Shown: one piece after another, positions 34,613-42,865 of the stretch
Numbering within the stretch: position 1 is the first letter of the stretch
Layout: every line of letters starts with the position of its first letter
DNA from: a virus
Lineage: Duplodnaviria > Caudoviricetes
Reading direction: 5' to 3' (one strand)
Virus record (IMG/VR): IMGVR_UViG_3300031605_000006
Span: 1 to 42,865 of that record
DNA length: 42,865 bases
The notes under the pieces: model-generated
Database searches by the model: none
The model's input: the letters and a program-made list of their open reading frames with translations, nothing else
Told to the model about the DNA's origin: nothing
Position numbers and translations under genes: made by a program

Positions 34613-36290
34613 CTCCTCCTGTTGCCGACAGGAGATCGCCATCCAAAGACAGAACTCCTGCCTTGAAAAGATACCTGTCGCAATCAACAACATCCTTCAG
34701 CGCACCTTTAAGACCATCTCTTCCGGTGTATTCCTGCATAGCGTAAATTGTTTGCTCGCACTCTTCTGAAACATAATACCGAGGGCAATTCATTGATGTC
34801 ACCGGACTCCCTTCGTCGTAGTCAAGGTAGTCGTTTATCAACTGTAATCCTTCATCTATGTGCCCCCCAGGTGCGGGTATGAAAAGCAAGCTTGGGCCGG
34901 TCACGTTGCCGTGCTTGTCTTTTTGCTCATCCTCAAGTAATGAGATGATACTGGTTCCCTCTTCAACACTTGGAACAGCCGCACCACCCATGCGGGGATC
35001 AATTAACCTCTCGTAAATCTTTTCCTTCTTCGACCCATCCCAACTCTTTGTTTCCTCATCATAAATCCATCCCTCCGCTTCAAGGAATATCTTCTTGTAG
35101 GCAACAATAGACTTACCCATGTCAAGTGTCTGTGCTGGTCCCGGCTTGCCATCGGGTTTCTCGCTGGGCAAAGCCCACTCGCCAAAGTTCTTTCGGTCTG
35201 GGTATTCCCGATAAAGGAACACCCTTCCAATGTCATCAATGATGTACCACTTAAAGAACCAGTTCTTACTTCCCGCAGGATCACAACTGACATAACGGGT
35301 TCCCTTGATTGGTATGGTGTCAACCGGAACAACGTGAACTCTGGTATCAAACTTGTTAAACACATTGCCTTCAAGTTTCTCAGCCCAACCGTATGCCCGA
35401 ATCTTAATGTCTGTTGAAGGTTTACCTTCAAGCATTCTGACGATCTGCTTGTATCCCCCGAATGGGTTGTAGTGACTATGAAAACAGATCGCCTTGGAAC
35501 TCTTCCTGAATGGCTGAAGAATGTATGGCATGTGTCCGGGGCGACATCCTTGAACATGAACAGACTCAGGGTTCAGAAGTTCCGCAGGTTCATCCTGAAG
35601 CACCTGCGCCCCTGCAACATAATCCTTCACTGTTGCACTGTATCCCCTGACAGGTGTGAACGAGATAATCAACTTCCCCGATCTGGTTACAATACGAAAC
35701 CGCAGGGTCTCGATCCAAGCAAGCGGGACAAGCTCATCACAAAGAATCATGTCGCACTCACCACCCTCAAGGACGGTGATGTTCTGAGTGTAGTTAAGGA
35801 ACCGGCAACGAGATCCATTTGGAAGAACAAAGCACTGTTCCGTAAATCCACCCTTGTCTGTCCAGTTGACATTTACCCTGCTTCCCTTCTTGCCAAGGTC
35901 TCTCCATTCAGGAGGCAGGTATTTTCTTATGACAGGTTGCTGTAACTCAATTGAGGTAGCAAGGGAGGAATGAAAGCACCACACAACGGCACTCTCGATA
36001 TTGCACAGGGTCTCAACCGCAAGCTTACAAGCGAACTCGGTCTTGCCACTACGGTTGCCGCCCAGAATCAGAAGCTCATCTGCTTCGGCAAGCAGTCGCC
36101 TTGCGTCTTTCCAGCAATCAAGCTCGAAACCGCAGCGAAGGGGATCAATGTCCCCCAGCTTGATTGCGTTCTCCCTCTTCTCGATTAACTCAACAACAAA
36201 ATCAATGCCCCGCTCTTTGGCAAGACTCTCGATTCTCTCGTCAGGTATCGTCGGAAGATACGGGTGTGGTGTCTGCTTGTACTTCGACAA
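34596..36290 (-). CDS. terL: Terminase large subunit
   Basis: Walker A GGNRSGKT, Walker B ILCDE, SFTP coupling motif, nuclease CDPAG. Confidence 0.92.
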   Translation of the reverse strand: MSKYKQTPHPYLPTIPDERIESLAKERGIDFVVELIEKRENAIKLGDIDPLRCGFELDCWKDARRLLAEADELLILGGNRSGKTEFACKLAVETLCNIESAVVWCFHSSLATSIELQQPVIRKYLPPEWRDLGKKGSRVNVNWTDKGGFTEQCFVLPNGSRCRFLNYTQNITVLEGGECDMILCDELVPLAWIETLRFRIVTRSGKLIISFTPVRGYSATVKDYVAGAQVLQDEPAELLNPESVHVQGCRPGHMPYILQPFRKSSKAICFHSHYNPFGGYKQIVRMLEGKPSTDIKIRAYGWAEKLEGNVFNKFDTRVHVVPVDTIPIKGTRYVSCDPAGSKNWFFKWYIIDDIGRVFLYREYPDRKNFGEWALPSEKPDGKPGPAQTLDMGKSIVAYKKIFLEAEGWIYDEETKSWDGSKKEKIYERLIDPRMGGAAVPSVEEGTSIISLLEDEQKDKHGNVTGPSLLFIPAPGGHIDEGLQLINDYLDYDEGSPVTSMNCPRYYVSEECEQTIYAMQEYTGRDGLKGALKDVVDCDRYLFKAGVLSLDGDLLSATGGDEYEG

Positions 36291-37938
36291 CCTCGTCCCA
36301 GTAAATCGTCCCGTCTTCTGAATGTTTCAGAAGCAGTGATTCACCTATGCCGGTGTTGTTCCCCCTTTTTGAAAATACCAACTGGAATTCGTTCGTGTCA
36401 TCCTTGCGGACAAGGACACTGACTGTGCGCGGAAAGTTCACTAACTCACTTGTCCCTGCCGCCAGATAACTCATGTCGGTATGGGACCAGTGGCTTCTAG
36501 CGTGGGAATCCACGCTTGGCTTGCCGTTGTGATGACTGACCATGATTGCACATCCATGCCGCTTTGCCAGTTCACCAAGACCGTGCCGCAGGAAACCCCC
36601 GACAACCTTTTGGTCATTGATGTTGGCATTGATATAATGCAGCAACGGGTCAATTATCAATATATCTGGCTTAATGTCAGCAAGTATTTCCTCTGCAACC
36701 TCCAGAAACGCAGTCCCAACCTTGTCATGGTTGGTAATCGTCACAAGGTTGTCCGCAAGTAATTCATAGTGCCGCTTGCGAAGCTTCAAGTGCCGCGCAA
36801 TCCCATTGAAGTTTTCAACCAGTTGCTCGTCATCGTTCTCACCGTTAATCATCACAACCTTCAGCTTGCCAGCAGGTTTTAACCCACAGAAATCACGGCC
36901 AATTGCCCAACACGTTGCCATCTGTTGCAATAAAACACTCTTGCCAATATGAGAAGCACCCGTGAACAAGGAAACGTAACCCCGGCACAACCATCGTTTG
37001 CCAACAAGATTCGTGCCGTCATCCTTCTTCACTTTCATCTTGGGAGTGAACCGCAGGACACTGCCAAACCTCTTTGACTTTTCCTTGGCTATCCACTCCT
37101 CATAAGATTCAAGCCCAAGATCAACCCCAAGCAACTCCTGCATTTGACCTCCCCGCCGAACCCCAGGTAATCGGCTCAGTCGGCTGGGGTTCTTGTTCTG
37201 ACCATCAACCCGATAGCGTTCCATCGACTTGTAAATTTCCTTAACCCTCTCATCAAAGGATTGGCGGTCTCTTGCGCCAACCTTAACCCAACCGTGCATT
37301 GATTTGCCGCCCGAATAAATCAAGGCAGACAAGGGAAGTCCGCTCTCTCTTAACACGGCATACTGCTCCTCTAATGCTCCATCATCAAACTCAACCAGAC
37401 AATGCCGGTAATCAATTACATCCTTGTCCGCAATGCCGCCGATAACAAGTGGGTTGACACAAATATAAGTTCCCTTGATTCCGAACATTTCATCACCGGC
37501 AGCACCATACATATCCAGCCACTCGTCAACCGGCTTGCATGCGCCCCTGCTTATCCCGGTGTTGCGCGGCAGCGCAATCCTCACCCCCTCACCTTCCCTA
37601 AAGCACTTCTTGAATATTGTTGTAACCGCATCTGGCATTCCTTTTGGCAGGTTCTTTTGCGGACGATGAACCGTGACCTTGGTCTGCACCATCGCTACTG
37701 CCGACACTGACTCCTCCCTTTGTTGTTTTGCATAAGCTGATCGTATTGTCGTGTCTGCCTCCCTCTCGGTTAGACCGTCCTGCAACGCCCTCTGGGCAAG
37801 CTGGTCGCTTGCCTCGTCGTAACTGTAATTGTGGTCCCTGAACTGGCATGCAGCATTGAACAGGCAATAGTTTCTGGTTCCTTCAGTTGAACCACCTTCA
37901 AGATACTCAATCGTCCTCTTCGGTAAACTTTTCGTCAT
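36241..37938 (-). CDS. Primase-helicase fusion (PriCT-like, primase, AAA_25/RepA-like ATPase)
   Basis: RNYCLFNAA...TIRSA; LVEFD, SGGKSMHGWV, NPSRLSRLPG; GASHIGKS, IIDP. Confidence 0.85.
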   Translation of the reverse strand: MTKSLPKRTIEYLEGGSTEGTRNYCLFNAACQFRDHNYSYDEASDQLAQRALQDGLTEREADTTIRSAYAKQQREESVSAVAMVQTKVTVHRPQKNLPKGMPDAVTTIFKKCFREGEGVRIALPRNTGISRGACKPVDEWLDMYGAAGDEMFGIKGTYICVNPLVIGGIADKDVIDYRHCLVEFDDGALEEQYAVLRESGLPLSALIYSGGKSMHGWVKVGARDRQSFDERVKEIYKSMERYRVDGQNKNPSRLSRLPGVRRGGQMQELLGVDLGLESYEEWIAKEKSKRFGSVLRFTPKMKVKKDDGTNLVGKRWLCRGYVSLFTGASHIGKSVLLQQMATCWAIGRDFCGLKPAGKLKVVMINGENDDEQLVENFNGIARHLKLRKRHYELLADNLVTITNHDKVGTAFLEVAEEILADIKPDILIIDPLLHYINANINDQKVVGGFLRHGLGELAKRHGCAIMVSHHNGKPSVDSHARSHWSHTDMSYLAAGTSELVNFPRTVSVLVRKDDTNEFQLVFSKRGNNTGIGESLLLKHSEDGTIYWDEVVEVQADTTPVSSDDT

Positions 37939-38107
37939 CGTTCTCGTTCTCCTCGCTTATGTCATCCAAAACCGTCACCACCAACCTCCTGAAAAGCACC
38001 CCAAGGATGCTCTCGTAAGACATGTCAAACTCATCGTAGTAACGCTGAAGCAAGGACTCCAAATCCTTGTAAAGCATTGCTTGTTGAGTTCGCTCGTCTA
38101 TTTCCAT
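37907..38107 (-). CDS. Small acidic hypothetical protein
   Basis: Operon context. Confidence 0.6.
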   Translation of the reverse strand: MEIDERTQQAMLYKDLESLLQRYYDEFDMSYESILGVLFRRLVVTVLDDISEENENDDEKFTEEDD

Positions 38108-38424
38108 ATCCCCTTATTTAACATCAAACCAATTATGCCGTAATTGGCCAAGTCACGATAGGTGTCTTCAAGGGATTCATGGTTCACCTCGCTCACACCG
38201 GACATCTGTTTCAGGAGAAGGTTACGCATTCGACTCACCTTGTCCTGTGTCCGCACCATCACTCCAAGTTCACCGTTTATGGAAATATTGGAACTGCCAT
38301 AATCAACCTGCTTGCTGTCAAACAACTTGACGCATTCAAGGGATAGACGAAGGAACTCGACCCCCATTTCTGTCTGGAGGTCGAGTCCTTTTGATAAGTC
38401 TTCTATGTTCAGTTCTTGTCCCAT
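38098..38424 (-). CDS. DUF1599/nucleotide modification-associated domain protein
   Basis: KQVDYG...VRTQDKVSR...ESLEDTYRDLANYGII. Confidence 0.75.
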   Translation of the reverse strand: MGQELNIEDLSKGLDLQTEMGVEFLRLSLECVKLFDSKQVDYGSSNISINGELGVMVRTQDKVSRMRNLLLKQMSGVSEVNHESLEDTYRDLANYGIIGLMLNKGIWK

Positions 38425-38849
38425 GAAGGCACATCCTCATCGTCGATCACCTTGCGGCTGGACCGTTCCTTGCCGACAACGTACCTCTCTATGGTGTTCT
38501 TCGTCTTGCCCTCATAGGTGTCTGTACCCACCTCTGCCCATAGATGCTCGCCCACGATGTTATTCATGTAGCTTTCATCCATTTTTGCGGACTTGCCAAC
38601 CTCCTGCCCGATGGACGGGAGGAACTGCTTGATCTTCCACTGGGCTTTTGGCGTGAAGACCAAGTTGTCCCAAATGTAACGCTTGGTCTTTGCCTCCTCA
38701 AACATGAGATTGATGATCTCGTTTCCCGCCTTACTTGTGCGGAACTCGTAATCCTTTAGTCTCAACTCGTACTCACCTTCCTCAAGGTTTCTCGGCGTCA
38801 TTGCCGCATCGCTCCGTGGAGCTTCGTCTGTGAATGTTATTTCTGGCAT
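38409..38849 (-). CDS. DUF669-like single-stranded DNA-binding protein
   Basis: EGEYEL...SKAGNE.I...WDNL; acidic DDEDVPSW tail. Confidence 0.75.
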   Translation of the reverse strand: MPEITFTDEAPRSDAAMTPRNLEEGEYELRLKDYEFRTSKAGNEIINLMFEEAKTKRYIWDNLVFTPKAQWKIKQFLPSIGQEVGKSAKMDESYMNNIVGEHLWAEVGTDTYEGKTKNTIERYVVGKERSSRKVIDDEDVPSWDKN

Positions 38850-39847
38850 TCTTTTAGTATGTTTATGTCAGGTTTCGTTTTGGTCGTTTCCAACAGTTTT
38901 CTAGCAAGCTCCCGCTTTGCATCTGTTGGTTTCATGTCATGTTTCTTGGCGTACTTCGCAACCAACGCAGTGTTGCTTACTTTACATGCGTCAAGAAATT
39001 CTTCCATTGTCAACTCGGACAACTCAAATGCTTTTGGGGTGTCCGCAATGTAGGTTGACCCTCTGCGGGACTGAAACTTGAAGTTGTCCAGTTCCTCACC
39101 CGCTTTGAGCATGTCCTTCGCTTTGTCTTCAACGTCCGCACACCATTTCCTTATGCGCTTGGCAAACACCATTGCACGATTGACCGCATCGGGTGTGACT
39201 AGGTTTTCAATTGCAAAACTGCTTGAGGGTTCAATGTCCTTGGCAACCGTTGCTACTGCCGTGGTGAATGCCTCACATTTAGTTCTCTGTTTACACCAAC
39301 CACAGTAGTCATTTGGTTGCAGAATTTCCTTCTCAATGTTCACCGTGATGGTGTCCACAATTTCCTGCGCCTCCTCCTTGGTCATGTCATAGACTTTCGC
39401 CCAGAAGAACTTGGTGTAAATCTCATGCACCCTCACGCTGGGAATCCCCGCCTTCTGGCATGTCCCCAAAACATAATATGCCATCTGCGCCTTGTAGTCG
39501 TGCTGCTGTCCGCTCTTGAAGTCCCCAAGGTTTTTCCCGTCCCAAAGGTCGCGGGTTCCAAAGCTCAACTCATTGTATTCGTTGTCCAGTATGTGGACCT
39601 TGGACTCAACCTTCAGCTTGTGGATGTCGAAGTTATCCAGAACATATTGATATGCCCAATTGACCCCGGCAAGTTCATCATCTGGCACAGGTTCCCGCAC
39701 AGGTCTACCCAGACACAAGTCCTCAAGATGACCGTGCTGCCCTAGCCCCTTCTCTGTTGCCGCAGACCCCCTGCCGTCAGGGAGATACTTGCCGCAAAGC
39801 AACTGGGCATTGCCGCTACTTGGTGGTCTTGTCTGATGGTGTTCCAT
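38837..39847 (-). CDS. PD-(D/E)XK Cas4/DUF2800-like exonuclease
   Basis: GTRD...DFKSG...QMAYY; CGWC....C cluster. Confidence 0.75.
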   Translation of the reverse strand: MEHHQTRPPSSGNAQLLCGKYLPDGRGSAATEKGLGQHGHLEDLCLGRPVREPVPDDELAGVNWAYQYVLDNFDIHKLKVESKVHILDNEYNELSFGTRDLWDGKNLGDFKSGQQHDYKAQMAYYVLGTCQKAGIPSVRVHEIYTKFFWAKVYDMTKEEAQEIVDTITVNIEKEILQPNDYCGWCKQRTKCEAFTTAVATVAKDIEPSSSFAIENLVTPDAVNRAMVFAKRIRKWCADVEDKAKDMLKAGEELDNFKFQSRRGSTYIADTPKAFELSELTMEEFLDACKVSNTALVAKYAKKHDMKPTDAKRELARKLLETTKTKPDINILKECQK

Positions 39848-40436
39848 TGTGTTCTTTTACATTCTTAATGAAAGAATCCCAGTTCTTCTCGAAATCCTTT
39901 ATCTGGTTTTCCTTCAAAGAAGTATAAACTTCTTTTACCTCGATTAACTTCTTTGCTCTCAACCAAGAGTTCAGCGTGTTCAACGTGAGACTCTTGTTTG
40001 ACAGGAACCTCTTCTTGAACGCACCCAAGATGTCCTTGTCCACCTCCTTGGTAAGCTCCACTTCCGCAGGTTGGAAATTACGCCACACCTCTGCTCCAAC
40101 CCCCAGGTAAGATGCACACTTGGTCAGGGCATCGGTTGATGCTCCCTTGTATGCGTCCCCCCTGTCAGCATTGTCATTGCCCCCAAACTGGATGACTTTT
40201 ATATCGTGTTTTTCTGCGGTAAGTGTCCCCCGAATAATAATCATTTTCGGGTTGGTGTCATCTGCAATGACTTCAGGAGTGAAGTGCCAACCTCCAACAC
40301 CAAACGCTTCGTTCAATCTGTCTGTCACATAGATAGAGTTGATGGTTGTAAGGTAGCTTCGTGATGGATGCGGCTTCAGTGCCGCCTTCGGCAAAGGTCT
40401 CATCAGTGTGTCTGTTAGTTTTTTGTTATTTTGCAT
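39816..40436 (-). CDS. Sak/Rad52-family single-strand annealing protein (start MQNNKK)
   Basis: DRLNEAFGVGGW...KGASTDALTKCASYLGVG. Confidence 0.85.
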   Translation of the reverse strand: MQNNKKLTDTLMRPLPKAALKPHPSRSYLTTINSIYVTDRLNEAFGVGGWHFTPEVIADDTNPKMIIIRGTLTAEKHDIKVIQFGGNDNADRGDAYKGASTDALTKCASYLGVGAEVWRNFQPAEVELTKEVDKDILGAFKKRFLSNKSLTLNTLNSWLRAKKLIEVKEVYTSLKENQIKDFEKNWDSFIKNVKEHNGTPSDKTTK

Positions 40437-40933
40437 GTTATGTCCTCGTCTAGTTTGTCGATGGGGTGCAAGCGTTCCCTGCTCACCCCGTATGAAATTA
40501 CTCCCGGTATGAGTTCCTTCTCCTTGTTCCACTCAAACCATTCATGGCCGCTAATCCATCCCCTTATGAAAACTAGGTTCGCCTTGTCTCGGCTGGGGAC
40601 ACACAGGATTGCATAGTCGCAATTCATTTGTTCCTGTTTCGGGAACAGAAGATAATTCGTCTGAGTTGATTTAACCTGCAAGCTGCTGCCCCGGTAACGA
40701 TAATCAACACCACCATCACCATGCAGGTGAATTTTAGGGCAATAATCAAGACCAAGATAACGGCAAACAGCAACCTCCCCCATTTGTCCCTCAAGGTTGA
40801 TCTGGAGATCGTCACGCGAACATATCCTCCTGTTCGCCACCCCGGTCTTCTCCTTGCCCAGTTGTATCTGTAAAGCCACCGCTTTTGCTGCGTACATTTC
40901 CGGGCCGGTCAGTGTGATTGCCTCGTCCCTCAT
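40415..40933 (-). CDS. Putative PD-(D/E)XK-fold protein
   Basis: GEVAV...DGGVD...LQVKST. Confidence 0.6.
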   Translation of the reverse strand: MRDEAITLTGPEMYAAKAVALQIQLGKEKTGVANRRICSRDDLQINLEGQMGEVAVCRYLGLDYCPKIHLHGDGGVDYRYRGSSLQVKSTQTNYLLFPKQEQMNCDYAILCVPSRDKANLVFIRGWISGHEWFEWNKEKELIPGVISYGVSRERLHPIDKLDEDITCKITKN

Positions 40934-41268
40934 TCAGTAGGTGGATAAAGTCCCTTAACATCGGCAAGCCAATCTGTGAGCATCATTGTCACCTTCCACG
41001 GTTCATCGTTTCGTCGATGGATGACAACAGGTATCTTCTCCTCCCCTGCCTCCTCGTCGGTCTTCTTCAACCACTCATCAATCTTGACCTGTTCCCTGCG
41101 CTTGATCTCCAACTGGTAAACATCCCCGATATGCGGAACTATTATGTCCGCACTATCCTTGGTCCCCTTGAACTGCTGCGCCCTGTGGGATTTTGTGTAA
41201 CCAGCATTCTTGAAGATTTGAACAACCTCCAACTCTGCCACCTTGCCCTTTGTCCTTGAGTTAATCAT
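40930..41268 (-). CDS. Holliday junction resolvase (Hjc-like)
   Basis: SRTKGKVAELEV...DSADI...LEIKRRE. Confidence 0.8.
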   Translation of the reverse strand: MINSRTKGKVAELEVVQIFKNAGYTKSHRAQQFKGTKDSADIIVPHIGDVYQLEIKRREQVKIDEWLKKTDEEAGEEKIPVVIHRRNDEPWKVTMMLTDWLADVKGLYPPTE

Positions 41269-41467
41269 TCGTGATAACCTCCATTATGGTCTTCATCGGT
41301 CCTTTCCCCCATTGACTCGGTTTTCTTTTCACCAGAACTTTCCTGCCGTCTTGCGTCACGGCGCGGATACTATGTTCTTCTTGGGGATTTCTGTTTATCC
41401 TCTCAATCGCATCTATCAAGTCTATGTAAGTAACAGTGTGTTTTTCCGATTTAGTCATTCCATCCAT
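41261..41467 (-). CDS. Hypothetical protein
   Basis: Operon context; start uncertain. Confidence 0.55.
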   Translation of the reverse strand: MDGMTKSEKHTVTYIDLIDAIERINRNPQEEHSIRAVTQDGRKVLVKRKPSQWGKGPMKTIMEVITND

Positions 41468-41660
41468 GTTCTTCCTGAATCTTCTCCAACTTGTTTGCCC
41501 AATCAATTAGCGCAAATGCGACCTGCCTATCCTTTTGCATAGCCCCAAAAACGTCTCCCTCCTGTGCCTTGACAATTTCAACGAGTTCTCTCTCTTCAAA
41601 TACATGCGTACATACAAACTGAAATTCCTCATGCTTAAAAATATATCTGTGACTTACCAC
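41451..41660 (-). CDS. Hypothetical protein
   Basis: Operon context; start uncertain. Confidence 0.5.
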   Translation of the reverse strand: MVSHRYIFKHEEFQFVCTHVFEERELVEIVKAQEGDVFGAMQKDRQVAFALIDWANKLEKIQEEHGWND

Positions 41661-42073
41661 CTGCCGGGATAGCGTGGACAGTTTCTTGCCAACCACCACG
41701 CCCTGCCGTCCCACCTTGCAGGGAACTCCATTGGTTCACCGTTCTTGTGTTTTAATCTAAAATTACTGTTGTCCCGCACCCTGACAATCACCTTGTTTCC
41801 GTTCTCCCGTATGCCCTCGATTACATGCTTGTTGCGGAAGTCGGCCCGACCAACCTTCATCTGCTCCTCAACCTGCGGTTTGGGTTCCACAAGCTTTGTC
41901 TCCTTCGGGAAACCCAGAACACTCAAAATCTCCTTCTCACCCTCCTTGGTATACATGATGAGTCGCCCCTCCTTCTCCCAATGCTTCCCCCTCTTGAGAT
42001 GCTTCATCCGGGCAACCCGTAGTCGGGTACGGGTAATCCCTGTCTGCTTAACTATTTCCTCTTCATGCTTCAT
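41654..42073 (-). CDS. Hypothetical basic protein, possible winged HTH at the N-terminus
   Basis: EEEIVKQTGITRTRLR...GKHWEKEGRLIMYT. Confidence 0.65.
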   Translation of the reverse strand: MKHEEEIVKQTGITRTRLRVARMKHLKRGKHWEKEGRLIMYTKEGEKEILSVLGFPKETKLVEPKPQVEEQMKVGRADFRNKHVIEGIRENGNKVIVRVRDNSNFRLKHKNGEPMEFPARWDGRAWWLARNCPRYPGRW

Positions 42074-42085
42074 TTTCTTTATACG

Positions 42086-42319
42086 TCACTTAATGTGACC
42101 ATCCTCTCCAACCTCAATCGCAATAGCATCCCCGACCTTCGGTTCACTCTCCTTCATACTGCAACTTCTCAACCCAAGTTTCCCCACCCAATTCCAAAGC
42201 TTATCGGCTTGCCCCGCAGTCATAATGCACTTTAAGACAACAAGCTTTTCTTCATCCTTTTTCAAAGGTCGCATAATCAATCTGTTTCCACGTTGGAACC
42301 TTGGGGAACCTGCTTTCAA
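42086..42319 (-). CDS. Hypothetical protein
   Basis: Operon context; start uncertain. Confidence 0.5.
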   Translation of the reverse strand: MKAGSPRFQRGNRLIMRPLKKDEEKLVVLKCIMTAGQADKLWNWVGKLGLRSCSMKESEPKVGDAIAIEVGEDGHIK

Positions 42320-42542
42320 AGTTAAGTTGTGCCGAATAAGTATCCTGCTCCTCGCTTAACCCCGTAAGCTCGACATAAAGAAAATCATCACCCGTATCGA
42401 CACGGCAGTATTTGACATCTGTTGCATCCCCAATTGTATCAAGGTTCATGTGTATGTCTTTCTCCTGACACCTAATCAAAGCGTACCGGGAACCATTTAC
42501 CCCCTTACCCCAATCACACAAAAATATGTATTTTCTACTCAT
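42252..42542 (-). CDS. Hypothetical protein
   Basis: Start overlaps the methyltransferase stop. Confidence 0.6.
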   Translation of the reverse strand: MSRKYIFLCDWGKGVNGSRYALIRCQEKDIHMNLDTIGDATDVKYCRVDTGDDFLYVELTGLSEEQDTYSAQLNFESRFPKVPTWKQIDYATFEKG

Positions 42543-42865
42543 AGCTCTTAACCAAACCTTTCAGGATTTCCCTAGCGACCTGGGGGACGATGGAGTTGCC
42601 AAGTGCGGTAATTCTGTGAATCTTTCGGGGTATCCCATGAGCCACTCGACAAAAAGGGGACTCAGACTCCCATCCTTCTTTGAGGGTCGCACTGCTCTCC
42701 CCAGCAAGCTGTTTGTCTTCACGTTCCCCAACTGAATCGAGTCCCCGCAATCCTTGTGGTCCCGACTTGTTGGAGTTGGCCAGAATCCAGACTCTATCCC
42801 GTCTGTGGGGGGCGTTGACGGCACAAGCTGGAAGTACAATCGCCCCTGCGGTGTACCCATCGGTC
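42535..42865 (-). CDS. C5 methyltransferase, C-terminal part
   Basis: RVAHGIP...RITALGNSIVPQVAREI (motif X); in frame with 1-525, giving 242 aa. Confidence 0.9.
   Translation of the reverse strand, partial: TDGYTAGAIVLPACAVNAPHRRDRVWILANSNKSGPQGLRGLDSVGEREDKQLAGESSATLKEGWESESPFCRVAHGIPRKIHRITALGNSIVPQVAREILKGLVKSYE
42561..42860 (-). CDS. Alternate-frame methyltransferase partner (beta-type), C-terminal part
   Basis: WPTPTSRDHK and LSPLFVEWLMGYPERFT (motif IX-like). Confidence 0.65.
   Translation of the reverse strand: MGTPQGRLYFQLVPSTPPTDGIESGFWPTPTSRDHKDCGDSIQLGNVKTNSLLGRAVRPSKKDGSLSPLFVEWLMGYPERFTELPHLATPSSPRSLGKS
42739..42865. repeat. Terminal direct repeat, right copy
   Basis: Identical to 1-127. 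Confidence 0.95.

Noticed and set aside
38837-39847. Cas4 as evidence of a CRISPR system
   Set aside because: It sits between Sak and SSB, the usual phage recombination-exonuclease context
8751-42735. Numerous plus-strand ORFs over the late and replication genes
   Set aside because: They are antisense shadows of well-supported minus-strand genes and show no recognisable motifs
42739-42865. 127-bp terminal repeat as a biological DTR
   Set aside because: Its length equals a common assembly k-mer and it falls mid-gene, so it is most likely circular overlap
1-42865. Alternative genetic code or stop-codon reassignment
   Set aside because: Core genes are full length and tightly packed under the standard code

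Overview
This window is an apparently complete, circularly assembled temperate phage genome of about 42,738 bp; bases 1-127 recur at 42739-42865, probably as assembler overlap. The structural genes are podovirus-like. The minus strand carries DNA metabolism genes (C5 methyltransferase across the origin, resolvase, Sak/Rad52, Cas4-like exonuclease, SSB, primase-helicase), TerL, portal, scaffold, major capsid, adaptor, two fibre/spike genes, lysis-type membrane proteins, nozzle and ejection proteins. The plus strand carries an early operon (3819-8421) with a tyrosine integrase and an RlpA-like transglycosylase, followed by an attP matching the 3' half of tRNA-Asp(GTC). A prepilin-type gene suggests a Verrucomicrobia/PVC host (inference). 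The most interesting part is the control region at about 800-3830. It has no recognisable cI/Cro. Instead it holds ribbon-helix-helix genes, two promoters sharing a GTATTACG operator, tandem NrdR-like boxes, and a promoter-driven ~80-nt RNA whose unpaired segments are complementary to the ribosome-binding sites and start codons of several early genes. Also notable are a strand-biased CAGAG array of about 30 copies across coding DNA, a dual-frame methyltransferase, and a pilin-like protein with a CxxCH motif. All calls come from reading the sequence; no searches were run.
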